Assembly (NCBI GenBank): GCA_965246715.1
Contig: CBDFFH010000055.1
Coordinates: 96,001 to 160,000, forward strand
Origin: Chamaesiphon sp.
Lineage (GTDB): Bacteria > Cyanobacteriota > Cyanobacteriia > Cyanobacteriales > Chamaesiphonaceae
Length of the DNA stretch: 64,000 nucleotides
Direction: 5' to 3'
Part shown: positions 1 to 10,344 of the stretch, piece by piece
How the letters are laid out: the number at the start of each line of letters is the position of its first letter
Numbering within the stretch: position 1 is the first letter of the stretch
Program-made: the position numbers and the translations under genes
The notes under the pieces: model-generated
Told to the model about the DNA's origin: nothing
The model's input: only the letters and a program-made list of their open reading frames with translations
The model's database searches: none

Positions 1-19
1 TTATGGCTGAACGACTCAT
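1..19 (-). CDS. 5' end of the gene downstream of ybeY (MSRSAI...), running off the window; by cyanobacterial synteny possibly a diacylglycerol kinase
   Basis: ATG at 19-17 overlaps the ybeY TGA (ATGA coupling); identity rests on the usual ybeY-dgkA order only. Confidence 0.4.
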
Positions 20-513
20 ACCTCTAAAGGTAATAAGATCTCTAGACCGATCCGTGTGAGGAATGTTTCTTGTTGATGCAACATCTCGAGCAGACTTGGT
101 TCGTCGGGATGATCCCATCCCAACAGGTGGAGCAATCCATGACTGGCTAACCACGCGAGTTCCCTAGTTAAAGAATACCCACGTTCGATCGATTGCCTAG
201 CAGCAGTATCGACAGAAATTACAATATCACCAAGGTATAGTGATGTCTCACCAGAATTTTCCTCGATTTGGGGGAAGTCAACTTCCATTGCCGCAAATGA
301 CAATACATCTGTCGGTTGGTCTTTGTGGCGAAATTGAGCGTTTAAAGCCTGGACTTCGACATCTGTCGTCAGCCTGAGACTTAGTTCGTAAGCTGCTGCT
401 GGCGGTAAATTCAATCCTGGCGTTTGCAGCCAATTTTCAAACCACTCCACCCAAGTAGCTTCTGTGACTACACTGGGTTGATATAGATCTTGAACGATAA
501 GTTCTAGGTTCAT
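16..513 (-). CDS. ybeY: rRNA maturation endoribonuclease YbeY
   Basis: TDVLSF, LGDIVIS and HGLLHLLGWDH Zn-binding motifs. Confidence 0.96.
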   Translation of the reverse strand: MNLELIVQDLYQPSVVTEATWVEWFENWLQTPGLNLPPAAAYELSLRLTTDVEVQALNAQFRHKDQPTDVLSFAAMEVDFPQIEENSGETSLYLGDIVISVDTAARQSIERGYSLTRELAWLASHGLLHLLGWDHPDEPSLLEMLHQQETFLTRIGLEILLPLEV

Positions 514-588
514 CTAGATGAGTAGGAATTAGGGTTTAGGGATTAGGTACTAGATCGAAATCGAATACCTAAGAGCGAAAATACCTAC

Positions 589-795
589 TTATCGTGTTAA
601 ATAAGCTAAGCCGATAAAGAGTGACAATAAGCCGATCGCACTCAGAGCAAAGTGTTTGAGCGATTTACCGCCTTTTTTTACCATGTTTTTCATGGCATAT
701 TTGACGTACTTTTCTTTCATTTCTTCTGGAGTGGGCGGAGTCTCCGCTACTACCATTGGATCGACGGTCGGCGTTTCTACTTGTGTATCACTCAT
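589..795 (-). CDS. DUF3285-family small membrane protein
   Basis: YVKYAMKNMVKKGGKSLKHF...LAYLTR pattern; usual position upstream of ybeY in cyanobacteria. Confidence 0.8.
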   Translation of the reverse strand: MSDTQVETPTVDPMVVAETPPTPEEMKEKYVKYAMKNMVKKGGKSLKHFALSAIGLLSLFIGLAYLTR

Positions 796-876
796 GGTGG
801 CGATCGCTATAAAAGATTTATGTAAATTTAGTTTATTTAATCTTATAATATCAATTCTTCACGATCTGTAACGATT

Positions 877-3390
877 TTACAAAAAGTTCTGCGGATCGAC
901 ATCGATCGTCAGCTTGACTACATTAGAACACTTATTTCGCAGAAATTCCCAATCGGGGAGGCAAACACTACCATTTGGGAGATATTTGAGCATGATTTGC
1001 CAGCGATAGCGATTATTTACCCGCATCACCGTCGCTGGTGCCGGGCCTAATACTTCATAATGTCCAGCAATTGCGGCATCATTGAGGACTTGAGCGATGT
1101 CCGCAACGGTTTGCTCGACGACAGCGGCATCGAGACTGCTAAATCTGAGCAAGATTAGCTTGCCATATGGTGGATAGTCTAACATCTGCCGTTCCGGCAA
1201 CTCAGCAGCGATGAATGCGTGGTAATCGTGCCGCGTCACGGCATGGAGAATGGGATGCTCGGGATTGTAAGTTTGAATGATGACCTTACCCGCTTCGTCA
1301 CCACGTCCGCAGCGTCCGGCTACCTGTGTGAGCGTTTGAAACGCGCGCTCGGCAGCTCGATAATCTGATAGATGTAACAAACCATCCGCAGCTACGACAC
1401 CAACGAGGGTGACTTGTGGCAAGTCCAATCCTTTAGTCAGCATTTGGGTACCGACGAGTAAATCCGCCTCGCCATTGACGAATTCAGTCAAAATCCGACG
1501 ATGTGCGCCTTTGGTACTAGTCGTATCGCTATCGAACCGGAGACAGCGTAATTGGGGAAACTGCCGATTTAACTCTTCGACGATTTTCTGAGTACCACTG
1601 CCAAAGTATTTAAAGTATGGTGAGTCGCACTCCGGACATCTAGGGGTTTGCGGCTGAGAGTGATTGCAGTAATGGCAGCGTAACAAGGCGCGATCGGATG
1701 TACTCGGTTGATGATATGCCAGCGATACATCGCAGTGAGGACACTCAGGCACATAACCACAACTGCGACAGGAGACGAAGGTACTATGTCCGCGTCGATG
1801 AATGAATAAAATCCCCTGCTGCTTCCGGGCTTGTAGTTGCTGCAATGCGCGATCGAGCGATCGACTGAAGATGCTACGATTGCCCTGCTGCAATTCTTGA
1901 CGCATATCCACGATCTCTACTGGGGGCAGGGGGCGGGAGTGGACGCGGGTGGGGAGCGGGAGGTAGTGGGCAGCGAACGGTTGACAGTTGACAGTTGACA
2001 GTGAATTTTGGATTGCAACCCAGGTTTCTAGTGCGGGAGTGGCGGAGCCGAGGATCAGGGGACAGGATTCTAGTTGGGCGCGCCAGGTGGCAATGTCGCG
2101 GGCATGATAGGTGGGTGCGGGTTGGTCTTGTTTGAAGCTGGAGTCGTGTTCTTCGTCGAGAATAATTATCCCTAGATTGGGTAATGGGGCAAAAATTGCC
2201 GATCGCGTACCGATGACAATTTGACTGGTTTCACCTAACATTCTGCGCCAGGTATCGTAGCGTTCTCCGTCGCTGAGGGCACTATGATAAACGGCGACTT
2301 TATCGCCAAATCTCGATCGAAATCTGTCGGTCAATTGTGGTGTCAATCCAATCTCCGGTACGAGTACTAATGCGGATTTTCCCTGAGCTAAAATCTGGTG
2401 AATTGCTTGTAAATAAACTTCCGTTTTACCGGAACCCGTCACCCCATGCAGTAAGACTTGGGCGAATCCAGATAATCGATCGATCGTCGCCAATGCCGCA
2501 GCTTGATCGTCAGTTAATTTCTTGGCTGGTTCTTGCTGAAATATCCCAAACTCTCGATCGGATCGCAGCTTTTCTTTATTAACGATCGCGATGTATCCTT
2601 TCTCTTCAATCTTTTTTAAAATACTACTACTTGCTTTACTTAACTCCAACAAATCTTTTTGCCACAATTCACCACCTTGTTGCTTTAAAATGCCAACAAC
2701 TTCTCGCTGCCGCTCGGTCAGATCGCTGGCGAAGACATCGGAGGTTAAGACGATCGCTTTTTGTAATTTTGGTTGTTGAGTTTGTCCCGACTCTAAATAA
2801 GATTCAACCAATTGCCGATCGAGGAGTTCGCGCAAACCCCTTCTGGCTCCGGACACCTGCTGCTGAAGATATTGCCAACTATAGTTACCATCGGCTTGAG
2901 ATTGCAATAAATCAAGAATTTTTCGAGCGATATCGCTCAATAAAATATTGGGATTTGTAATTTTAGAGACTACTCTAATTCGCCGATGCGATCGAGTTAA
3001 TAGTCCTGGGGGTAATGCGACCTTAATAACTTGAATCAGTGGGGTATAATAATATGCAGCAATTTGAGTCAACCATTGCCAATATTCTGACTTAAACAAT
3101 CCGGATGCCACGACATCATCGATATCCTTGATTCGATCTAGTGGAAAATCTATCGATGCCAGATCGACAAAGCGAATGGCAATCCCACCCACCACTTGTC
3201 CGCCCAATGGCACGCTTAAAATATCCCCAACACTGACGCTAAAATGTGCTGGGACATTATAAATGTACAGAGCTTGAATCCCCGGACAATCTACCAATAC
3301 CTCGATCGAACCATGCGCCTTGGTGCCAACAGCATATCCCGCGATCGGTTCGGCTACCATAGTTACAGGAGAGAGATCGATATTTGACAT
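877..3390 (-). CDS. priA: Primosomal protein N' (replication restart helicase)
   Basis: GVTGSGKT Walker A, DEEH box, LGSATP, Cys-rich double Zn finger, QVAGRCGR. Confidence 0.97.
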   Translation of the reverse strand: MSNIDLSPVTMVAEPIAGYAVGTKAHGSIEVLVDCPGIQALYIYNVPAHFSVSVGDILSVPLGGQVVGGIAIRFVDLASIDFPLDRIKDIDDVVASGLFKSEYWQWLTQIAAYYYTPLIQVIKVALPPGLLTRSHRRIRVVSKITNPNILLSDIARKILDLLQSQADGNYSWQYLQQQVSGARRGLRELLDRQLVESYLESGQTQQPKLQKAIVLTSDVFASDLTERQREVVGILKQQGGELWQKDLLELSKASSSILKKIEEKGYIAIVNKEKLRSDREFGIFQQEPAKKLTDDQAAALATIDRLSGFAQVLLHGVTGSGKTEVYLQAIHQILAQGKSALVLVPEIGLTPQLTDRFRSRFGDKVAVYHSALSDGERYDTWRRMLGETSQIVIGTRSAIFAPLPNLGIIILDEEHDSSFKQDQPAPTYHARDIATWRAQLESCPLILGSATPALETWVAIQNSLSTVNCQPFAAHYLPLPTRVHSRPLPPVEIVDMRQELQQGNRSIFSRSLDRALQQLQARKQQGILFIHRRGHSTFVSCRSCGYVPECPHCDVSLAYHQPSTSDRALLRCHYCNHSQPQTPRCPECDSPYFKYFGSGTQKIVEELNRQFPQLRCLRFDSDTTSTKGAHRRILTEFVNGEADLLVGTQMLTKGLDLPQVTLVGVVAADGLLHLSDYRAAERAFQTLTQVAGRCGRGDEAGKVIIQTYNPEHPILHAVTRHDYHAFIAAELPERQMLDYPPYGKLILLRFSSLDAAVVEQTVADIAQVLNDAAIAGHYEVLGPAPATVMRVNNRYRWQIMLKYLPNGSVCLPDWEFLRNKCSNVVKLTIDVDPQNFL
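1981..2001. repeat. Heptamer tandem repeat (TTGACAG)x3 inside priA, STRR-like, in frame
   Basis: ttgacagttgacagttgacag; 21 nt encoding LSTVNCQ on the minus strand. Confidence 0.75.
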
Positions 3391-3477
3391 TGAGTTAGAT
3401 AAATTATTAAGTTAAAAGATTCCTAAATTCAACTAGCTAAGCTCGCCCATAAATTCAGCACTCATAACCCATAATTT

Positions 3478-4353
3478 ATGAAGCATTTATTACTAACTAG
3501 ATTCCAAGGTGCATTAATCGGCGCTCAGACTATTTACCTGACTCCACAGCAGCTCGCGCCAAATCAACTGGCGATCGCAACTCAGCCCGCACTCAGCGGT
3601 GGCATCGATAGTCTGATACGGTGTGGAAGATTCGATCTGCAAGATTGGCTACAAAATACTTTGACCTCAACTGCCGATCCGCGTCAGGCGATCGTGGCAA
3701 TGCTACCATTAATGTTATTTTTTCACGACGATCGCGTCAAGTTACGCGAAGCATTGGTTAACGTCAGTCATAGTTGGCAACTCAATTGGGAAACTTGCTC
3801 TAGTGCAGTTGTACTCGGATATATTATATCGCGATCGCTCACAGAATCATTAACGCCCAGCACGGTTATCGCCCAATTACTGGATGAGACGAGCAATCTG
3901 CATCCACTGATCTTTCAAGAACTCGGCACGATCGATCGCTTGCTAGAACAGTCTAGCAGTTTGCATCAAGTCACCGAAAAACTCATCGCCAGCGAGCATC
4001 CCATTATTACGCCTACAGTGTTGGCAATTTATTTTCTGCTTGCCACCCCTGAAGACTTTGGCTTGGCGATGCTGCGCGCTCGTCGCAGTGAGTGTGATGT
4101 GAGATTTACCTGTGCCCTAACGGGCATTCTTGCTGGCGCTTATAACAGTCTCACTGGTATACCGATAAATGGCGTTATCGCTACTCAAGCATCAGCACAG
4201 TGGATGTCCAGCGCGGAAGGCTTACTTGCTTCATGGGCGGGAATCGATCTCGAACATAGTGCTGCTGCTGTCGGTTTGTTACCCACTAGCAGTCAACCTG
4301 TGATGACTTATGCTTTACCCGTCGCGTCCCCACAAGTAATCCAACGCAGATAG
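3478..4353 (+). CDS. ADP-ribosylglycohydrolase-like protein (degenerate cyanobacterial type)
   Basis: N-terminal RFQGALIGA and C-terminal ALTGILAGAYNSLTGIP motifs; acidic catalytic motifs not evident. Confidence 0.75.
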   Translation: MKHLLLTRFQGALIGAQTIYLTPQQLAPNQLAIATQPALSGGIDSLIRCGRFDLQDWLQNTLTSTADPRQAIVAMLPLMLFFHDDRVKLREALVNVSHSWQLNWETCSSAVVLGYIISRSLTESLTPSTVIAQLLDETSNLHPLIFQELGTIDRLLEQSSSLHQVTEKLIASEHPIITPTVLAIYFLLATPEDFGLAMLRARRSECDVRFTCALTGILAGAYNSLTGIPINGVIATQASAQWMSSAEGLLASWAGIDLEHSAAAVGLLPTSSQPVMTYALPVASPQVIQRR

Positions 4354-4728
4354 TTAAGGATGACCCAAAATGGCATTTTAGTTTATGTTGGGTGGATTGT
4401 AACAATAGCAGACGATCTACCGATCGCTTCTAGAACTCATTCGTATTAAATAAGAACGAAATACTTTTCAGTTATTTACTTGGCATAAATATTGAAAAGA
4501 CAAATATTATTTTCTCTTGTCGATTTTATTAAATTCTGTAATTTAAAATGTTGTGAAGGTAGCATTACTAATTTACCGTACCTGTAAAAATAGCTAATCG
4601 ATCGAACATCAGCACAAACTATTTGCAAAAAAATGTACGATAATTGTTAATCTAAACAGTCTCTGAAATCGCGATCCCATTCCTAGACTCCAGTTCGCCT
4701 ACTCCAGCAACCACCACCTTTCTAAATC

Positions 4729-5802
4729 ATGTCTGTCAGCACTCCAGCAACCACCACCGAAACCACTCACACCACTGCACCATTACTGGGGATGAGTCTG
4801 ACAGACTTGACTACCTGGGTGCAGGAGCAGGGGCAACCAGCCTATCGCGGCAAACAACTATATCAATGGATTTATCAACAGGGAGCCAAATCCCTGGCGG
4901 ATATCACCGTATTTTCCAAACAATGGCGGGAATCAGTTAAGGATACACCGATCGGTCGATCGACAATCCATCATCGCGCCGTCTCTAGCGATGGAGCGAT
5001 TAAATATCTGCTGCAACTCCAAGATGGGCAAATCGTCGAAGCCGTCGGGATTCCCTCCGCCAAACGCTTGACTGTATGCGTATCTTCCCAGGTTGGTTGC
5101 GCGATGGCTTGTACTTTTTGTGCGACGGGAAAAGGTGGATTTACGCGCCATCTTCAGCCGCATGAAATTATCGATCAAGTGTTGACAGTTCAAGCAGATT
5201 TCCAAGAGCGTGTCAGTCATGTCGTATTTATGGGGATGGGCGAACCATTAGCCAATTTGCACAATGTCGTAACTGCTGTTAAATGTTTGAATAAGGATGT
5301 CGGAATTTCGCAGCGATCGATTACCGTCTCGACAGTGGGGATTCCTGGCAAAATTCACGAACTCGCTCAACACGAACTTCAAGTTACCCTAGCGGTAAGC
5401 TTACACGCACCCAATCAAAAACTGCGGACTACCTTAGTCCCGACAGCAGAGAATTATCCGATCGAAGATTTGCTCGATGAATGTCGGGATTATGTCCAGA
5501 TTACGGGGCGACGGCTGAGTATCGAGTATATTTTGTTAGCTCAAATTAATGACTACAATCACCATGCGATCGAACTTGCTTCCAGGTTGCGCGGTTTCCA
5601 AACCCATGTCAATCTAATTCCGTATAACCCGATCGATGATGCCGATTACGATCGTCCTACACCCAAAGATATCAAAGCTTTTGTCGATGCTCTAGAACAA
5701 CGCCATATTGCCGTCAGCGTGCGTTATTCTAAGGGTTTGGGTGCAAACGCTGCCTGTGGACAATTGCGTAGCAACAAACGCGAGCGAGCCATCGCTGAAT
5801 AA
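4729..5802 (+). CDS. rlmN: Dual-specificity 23S rRNA A2503/tRNA A37 C2-methyltransferase RlmN
   Basis: Radical [32 protein letters not shown]. Confidence 0.96.
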   Translation: MSVSTPATTTETTHTTAPLLGMSLTDLTTWVQEQGQPAYRGKQLYQWIYQQGAKSLADITVFSKQWRESVKDTPIGRSTIHHRAVSSDGAIKYLLQLQDGQIVEAVGIPSAKRLTVCVSSQVGCAMACTFCATGKGGFTRHLQPHEIIDQVLTVQADFQERVSHVVFMGMGEPLANLHNVVTAVKCLNKDVGISQRSITVSTVGIPGKIHELAQHELQVTLAVSLHAPNQKLRTTLVPTAENYPIEDLLDECRDYVQITGRRLSIEYILLAQINDYNHHAIELASRLRGFQTHVNLIPYNPIDDADYDRPTPKDIKAFVDALEQRHIAVSVRYSKGLGANAACGQLRSNKRERAIAE

Positions 5803-5911
5803 AGAGGGTTTCCCGACGCGAAAAGCAAGACAGGGGGAAAGGGTAACAAAGCACGATCTATCTAGATTCAATTACACTATTTTCCCCAAAATAGCTGAAG
5901 AGCCAAATATT

Positions 5912-6397
5912 ATGAGCAAACATCTTCTCATCTTATCGATAATCGGGCTGACGATCGGGAATATAACAGCCTGTAATGTTGCTAAAAATTCACCTACAAC
6001 CCAACCATCAATTCCAGTTGCCACATCCCCACCGCCGCCAAATTCACAACCTAATTTGAGCAAACTGTTCGATAAAGCTTGGCGAGTGACAACGGCACCG
6101 ACACCACCTGCCAAAGGCAGCATCTATGTGTTCTTGTCAAATGGGATCTTACTAGAAACTTCATGCGTTGAAACTTACCGACTTGCGACTTGGACGATGG
6201 CCAAAACCGCTCCTAAGATTTTGCGTGTCGTTGAAGATGGACGATTGGTTTACACAGCCAAGATTGTTAAGTTGACAGATACTAACCTGCAACTCGATCG
6301 AACATTAGTGCCGACAAAGAAAATAGAATCGATTGTCATGACAGCCATTCATCAAGAATTTACTTGTCCAGATCTACCTAAAAAATCAGCACTCTGA
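5912..6397 (+). CDS. Hypothetical lipoprotein
   Basis: Likely start ATG 5912 (MSKHLLILSIIGLTIGNITAC, lipobox-like), Pro-rich linker, beta-rich domain. Confidence 0.7.
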   Translation: MSKHLLILSIIGLTIGNITACNVAKNSPTTQPSIPVATSPPPPNSQPNLSKLFDKAWRVTTAPTPPAKGSIYVFLSNGILLETSCVETYRLATWTMAKTAPKILRVVEDGRLVYTAKIVKLTDTNLQLDRTLVPTKKIESIVMTAIHQEFTCPDLPKKSAL

Positions 6398-6523
6398 CGC
6401 TATGGAGTACAGCCTACCATAATTGGTTGACTCTACTCCATTTTCCTCCCATTTCTCGATCGCTTTCTCCTCTAATGGCTAAAGTCGAGTCCAAGAAGTC
6501 GGGGATCTTTTGCTTGAGAGATT

Positions 6524-7618
6524 TTAGGATTTCATCGCTAATTGTTCGCCTAATAATTGCTCGATCGAGTGTAATAATTCTACCTGTCTCCAGTTCCGAT
6601 ACAAGCTAGCCGCGATTGCTGCACCGCCAGCTCCTACTCCCTCTTTCACGAAACCCTCTTCATAAACTTGAAGCTGGGAATATTGAGAACTTGCAAAACT
6701 TAGATTAGTGGAAATTAGTGGAATGTGGGGAATTAATTTAGCCAGCGCGATGGTATCTCCAGATCGATCGGTTGCCACCCAAGCAGTGGTGCCGACGACG
6801 ATCTGAGCTGTGTCGATCTCTAGATTGAAGTTCAACCCGATCGCCTTAATTAAAGCCGCTACAGCTAACATTTGCGTCCCGCCAGCGAGTAATACCCCAC
6901 AGGTTCGACTAGCGGCAATTGCCATTCCCGCGACGACAATCTGCATCGGATCGCCGATCGCTGCTACCAATTCTAGGGGCGATCGCGGTAAACTCAAACG
7001 GGCTAATCCTTGCTGGACGATCTCCCATTTTTGGTGGTGATTGCAAATCGGATGACTGCTATTGACTTTATCGATCGCATCGATCCCTAAACCAGATAAT
7101 AAACTTAGGGCTGTAGTCGTTCCTCCCACTACACACTCACCAAGAATCACATAACCATCGCCAGCACTAGTTGCTAGTTTTTCGCCCCATTGCAAGCCCT
7201 GGTGATAGAGATGAGTAACCACCTCGAGGGTTAAAGCCGCACCTGTCGTCAAACAAGCTGCTGGCATCCCACCTAAATCGACATGGGGGATCGTTGGCGG
7301 TGTCGGTAAACCAGCATTGAAGATAGACAATGGCAAATCTAACGCAGCGACAATCGCCCGAGAAATATATACTGGCGATGCGCCAGCAATCAATGGGGGT
7401 AGCGGATTTGAGGGGTTCGCACAGACACCGTTAGCTAAAAATTCAGCATCCGCGATCGCGGTATACTTGCGATCTTCTGGTGTTTTCCCCGCTGCGGAAA
7501 TCCCTGGAATCAGACAAGTATCGGTAAACCCCAAAACACAAGCAAATACTGGTAATTTTCCTCGATACCGCTCCAACCACTGTCGAGCCTGTAATGGTTG
7601 AGTGTGGATCTGGATCAT
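6524..7618 (-). CDS. cobT: Nicotinate-nucleotide-dependent phosphoribosyltransferase CobT (cyanobacterial/archaeal type)
   Basis: GISAAG, ECVVGGTTTA, LAGGTQM, YEEGFVKEGVGAGG motifs. Confidence 0.92.
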   Translation of the reverse strand: MIQIHTQPLQARQWLERYRGKLPVFACVLGFTDTCLIPGISAAGKTPEDRKYTAIADAEFLANGVCANPSNPLPPLIAGASPVYISRAIVAALDLPLSIFNAGLPTPPTIPHVDLGGMPAACLTTGAALTLEVVTHLYHQGLQWGEKLATSAGDGYVILGECVVGGTTTALSLLSGLGIDAIDKVNSSHPICNHHQKWEIVQQGLARLSLPRSPLELVAAIGDPMQIVVAGMAIAASRTCGVLLAGGTQMLAVAALIKAIGLNFNLEIDTAQIVVGTTAWVATDRSGDTIALAKLIPHIPLISTNLSFASSQYSQLQVYEEGFVKEGVGAGGAAIAASLYRNWRQVELLHSIEQLLGEQLAMKS

Positions 7619-7702
7619 TGGTTATTGGCGATCGATAGGACATATATTATATTATCGATCGCGATAATCGCTCGCCCCGATCGATCGTAATTACCAGATA
7701 TT

Positions 7703-7765
7703 GTAGGGGCTGGTTGATGCTATTAATTCACACTTTTACTCAAACAGATCGAAACCCGCCCTAAC
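7703..7765. repeat. REP/REPIN-like element (GTAGGGGC(G)GGTT...AAACCCGCCC)
   Basis: Imperfect inverted ends; related copies at 8574, 10345, 59341. Confidence 0.65.
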
Positions 7766-7768
7766 CCC

Positions 7769-8464
7769 CTATTCGACAATTTGCTCGTCTAATGCCTTCC
7801 TCGCGATCCGAGTAACGTAGAGTGTCACCACAATAGTTGCCAGCAATCCGATCGCCCGTACCGTCCATTGTAAAATTGGATCGTTAGGCTGAGATTTAGT
7901 ACCGATTAGGGCAATGTCGCCAACTAAAGAACCGATATAGACATATAGAATCGTACCCGGAATCATCCCGACAGAACCGAAGATATAATCCCTAATCGAT
8001 ACACCAGTGATGCCAAAAGCGTAGTTTAATAAGTTGAACGGAAATAACGGCGATAATCGAGTCAGTAAGACAATTTTCCATCCCTCTTTAGCTACAGCAG
8101 ATTCGATCGCTTTAAATTTAGGATATTTTTGTAATTGTTGACTTACCCAATCGCGTGAGAGATATCGCCCGATTAGGAATGCCAGCGTCGCGCCCAAGGT
8201 TGCCGCAATGAGAACATAGACAGAACCCCAAACTACCCCAAAGATAACACCACCACCGATCGTCAAAATCGATCCTGGTATCAACAAAACTGTTGCTAAA
8301 TTATAAATACCGATAAAAGCGATCGGCGCTAAATAACCGAGAGTTTTTACCCACAGCAAGGCTGAATATAAAAGCTGTTGAAGATTGAAGTAATAAGCTA
8401 CAGCGACTGTGGCGATCGCCAGACAAATAATTAGTAATATTTTAAAGGTTGAGTTAAAGCTCAT
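7769..8464 (-). CDS. TVP38/TMEM64 (DedA/SNARE-associated) membrane protein
   Basis: PGSILTIGGG, LAFLIGRY, RLSPLFPFNLLNYAFG motifs. Confidence 0.92.
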   Translation of the reverse strand: MSFNSTFKILLIICLAIATVAVAYYFNLQQLLYSALLWVKTLGYLAPIAFIGIYNLATVLLIPGSILTIGGGVIFGVVWGSVYVLIAATLGATLAFLIGRYLSRDWVSQQLQKYPKFKAIESAVAKEGWKIVLLTRLSPLFPFNLLNYAFGITGVSIRDYIFGSVGMIPGTILYVYIGSLVGDIALIGTKSQPNDPILQWTVRAIGLLATIVVTLYVTRIARKALDEQIVE

Positions 8465-8573
8465 TGATAGCTACTTGAAGAGATTATTTATTTTAACTCT
8501 TATAGATATGCATAGTTGCAATCTCAATTCTAGATATCGATTTGTCAAGTGAGATATAAATCATCCAAGATCT

Positions 8574-8636
8574 GTAGGAGCGGGTTTATGCGAGCGATAT
8601 CGATCGTGCTAAATATTTTATTAAAATCCGCCCTCC
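8574..8636. repeat. REP/REPIN-like element
   Basis: gtaggagcgggtttat...taaaatccgccctcc inverted ends. Confidence 0.65.
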
Positions 8637-8951
8637 CCCACAAATAACTATTCTCATCCCATTCTGATTTTTCCTTGGTAGAAATTGCTTTTACCATCTC
8701 TTCCCCAATTTCAATTGCAAATCCTAGCTTTGCACTACACTATCCCAATATCCTGATAAAAATTATAATATGCCTACCTTTTCATCAACACTATAAGTCT
8801 GGTAGTGTAAATAGATATATGAATCATCACAGCCTCCTGCTCTCGATCTAATCCAGAAGTCCGAAAAAGCTAAAGCCCAAGCGGAAGAAGAGCAAAAAAA
8901 GAAACCAGGAGGGCTACCTTAAAACATCTTCAGATTCACTCGATCGCGGCT

Positions 8952-9992
8952 ATGCAGAAATACCTGCTCCCATTAATTTTACTAGCTATTCCAGTCGGTA
9001 ACTGTTTGCCTCTCAATGCAGTACCGATCGCTTCAAATCGGATTGCCAGTCAAGAGTGGGGGAAAACAATCGCCACTATTCAAGGCAAAGATTTAGTACA
9101 TCCTACTTTGTCACCCGATGGGAAATTTCTGGCCTATTCGGAAGTAATCGTAGCAAACAAGCGGGAAAATACTGCGGTACGCATCCTCAATTTAGCAACC
9201 AAGCAGAGTTTCTTGTTAATCAGTCCCCAGGTAGCTGCTAAATACCGAACCTATAGTTCCTTCGTTAGCAGCATGAATTGGCATCGATCCGATCGACTGG
9301 AGGTTACAATCGGTGATGGAGATGTGGGTAGTTCGATGCTCACTTTCGATCCCTTTGGAAAAAAACTTTTGTCCGTTCGCCACGAAGAAGGGCCGGAATT
9401 AAGTCCCGCCGATGAACGGCTTCGCAACAAAATTCTCGATCGTTTTCCCAAAATTAAATCGAAAAATCTCACAGAAATCATCCTGCTCCGCCAGCGAGTG
9501 GAAACTCCCACCGCAGTTGTGCTAAAGGGGAAAATCTTCGATCTAGAGCACAATTTGTGGTCGATTAACTTCCAAGATCGTAAGATCGTGCGTCTGTTCG
9601 AGGCTACCGATCCTCTGGCAAAGGCTAAAATAGAGAGCGCTAAAGTCTCTAGTAATGGATCTATTTTCCTGGTTCTAGTCACTAACGACGATCGCAAGTT
9701 TTTGGTGACTTACCAGCATGGACAGATCGAAAACCGACAGCTTTTGACCCAAGTGAAAGGGCGCACTAAAATCATCCATGCTACCAATAATAGGGTCTGG
9801 ATTATGACCTACGTGTACGATACCTACGAGCAAGGCAACAATCCCCTCTATCTCTGGGAAAACGGCAAACTGCCGAAATCTATGGACTACGAACAACTCT
9901 ACGATGCTCAGGTAAATAGCCAGGGAACGCGGATTGCCTATTGTTACTGGAGCCGTGGCAAACGTCAGATTGCAGTTAAGGAGCTAGTTTAG
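8952..9992 (+). CDS. Secreted TolB/WD40-like beta-propeller protein
   Basis: Signal-peptide-like N-terminus; PTLSPDGKFLAYSE and NSQGTRIAY PD40-like blades. Confidence 0.65.
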   Translation: MQKYLLPLILLAIPVGNCLPLNAVPIASNRIASQEWGKTIATIQGKDLVHPTLSPDGKFLAYSEVIVANKRENTAVRILNLATKQSFLLISPQVAAKYRTYSSFVSSMNWHRSDRLEVTIGDGDVGSSMLTFDPFGKKLLSVRHEEGPELSPADERLRNKILDRFPKIKSKNLTEIILLRQRVETPTAVVLKGKIFDLEHNLWSINFQDRKIVRLFEATDPLAKAKIESAKVSSNGSIFLVLVTNDDRKFLVTYQHGQIENRQLLTQVKGRTKIIHATNNRVWIMTYVYDTYEQGNNPLYLWENGKLPKSMDYEQLYDAQVNSQGTRIAYCYWSRGKRQIAVKELV

Positions 9993-10035
9993 TCACTCAT
10001 TAGCTTAAATCGTCAATCCCCAATCCCCAATCCCA

Positions 10036-10314
10036 ATGTCCCCCACCGCTACCCTACTATTTTCTTAACAAGCAGGTGAATTTTTAGCAGAGATCCCATT
10101 AATTATCAGCAACCATCCCGACCTCGAACCGATCGCCCAGCAATTTGGTATCGATTATCATTACTTACCAATTACTAAAGATAACAGACAGGAACAGCAA
10201 GAAAAACAATTACAATTGCTGCAATCATATCAGATAGATTTAGTAATTCTGGCTAAATATATGCAAATTATCAGCTCAGAATTTATCGATCGCTTTTCTA
10301 TGGTGTTTGAGTAG
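10036..10314 (+). pseudogene. purU: Formyltetrahydrofolate deformylase remnant (in-frame stop, internal deletion, 3' truncation)
   Basis: Translates MSPTATLLFS*QAGEFLAEIPLIISNHPDLEPIAQQFGIDYHYLPITKDN...IDLVILAKYMQIISSEFIDRF; IISNH and LVILAKYMQI are PurU signatures; not in the ORF track. Confidence 0.85.
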
Positions 10315-10344
10315 GGGATATAGGATAAAGCGATCGTCTCTGGA

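Noticed and set aside
521..553. Degenerate heptamer run (TAGGAAT TAGGGTT TAGGGAT TAGGTAC), also (AATCCCC)n near 10016 and (AGCCACT)x3 near 53390
   Set aside because: Ordinary STRR-type intergenic repeats; no unique spacers, so not CRISPR.
5708..5911. N-terminal extension of the 229-aa ORF overlapping rlmN
   Set aside because: TTG start inside rlmN; the signal peptide begins at ATG 5912.
8815..8922. Protein-like frame ESSQPPALDLIQKSEKAKAQAEEEQKKKPGGLP*
   Set aside because: No start codon and no recognisable family; may be a gene remnant but cannot be supported.
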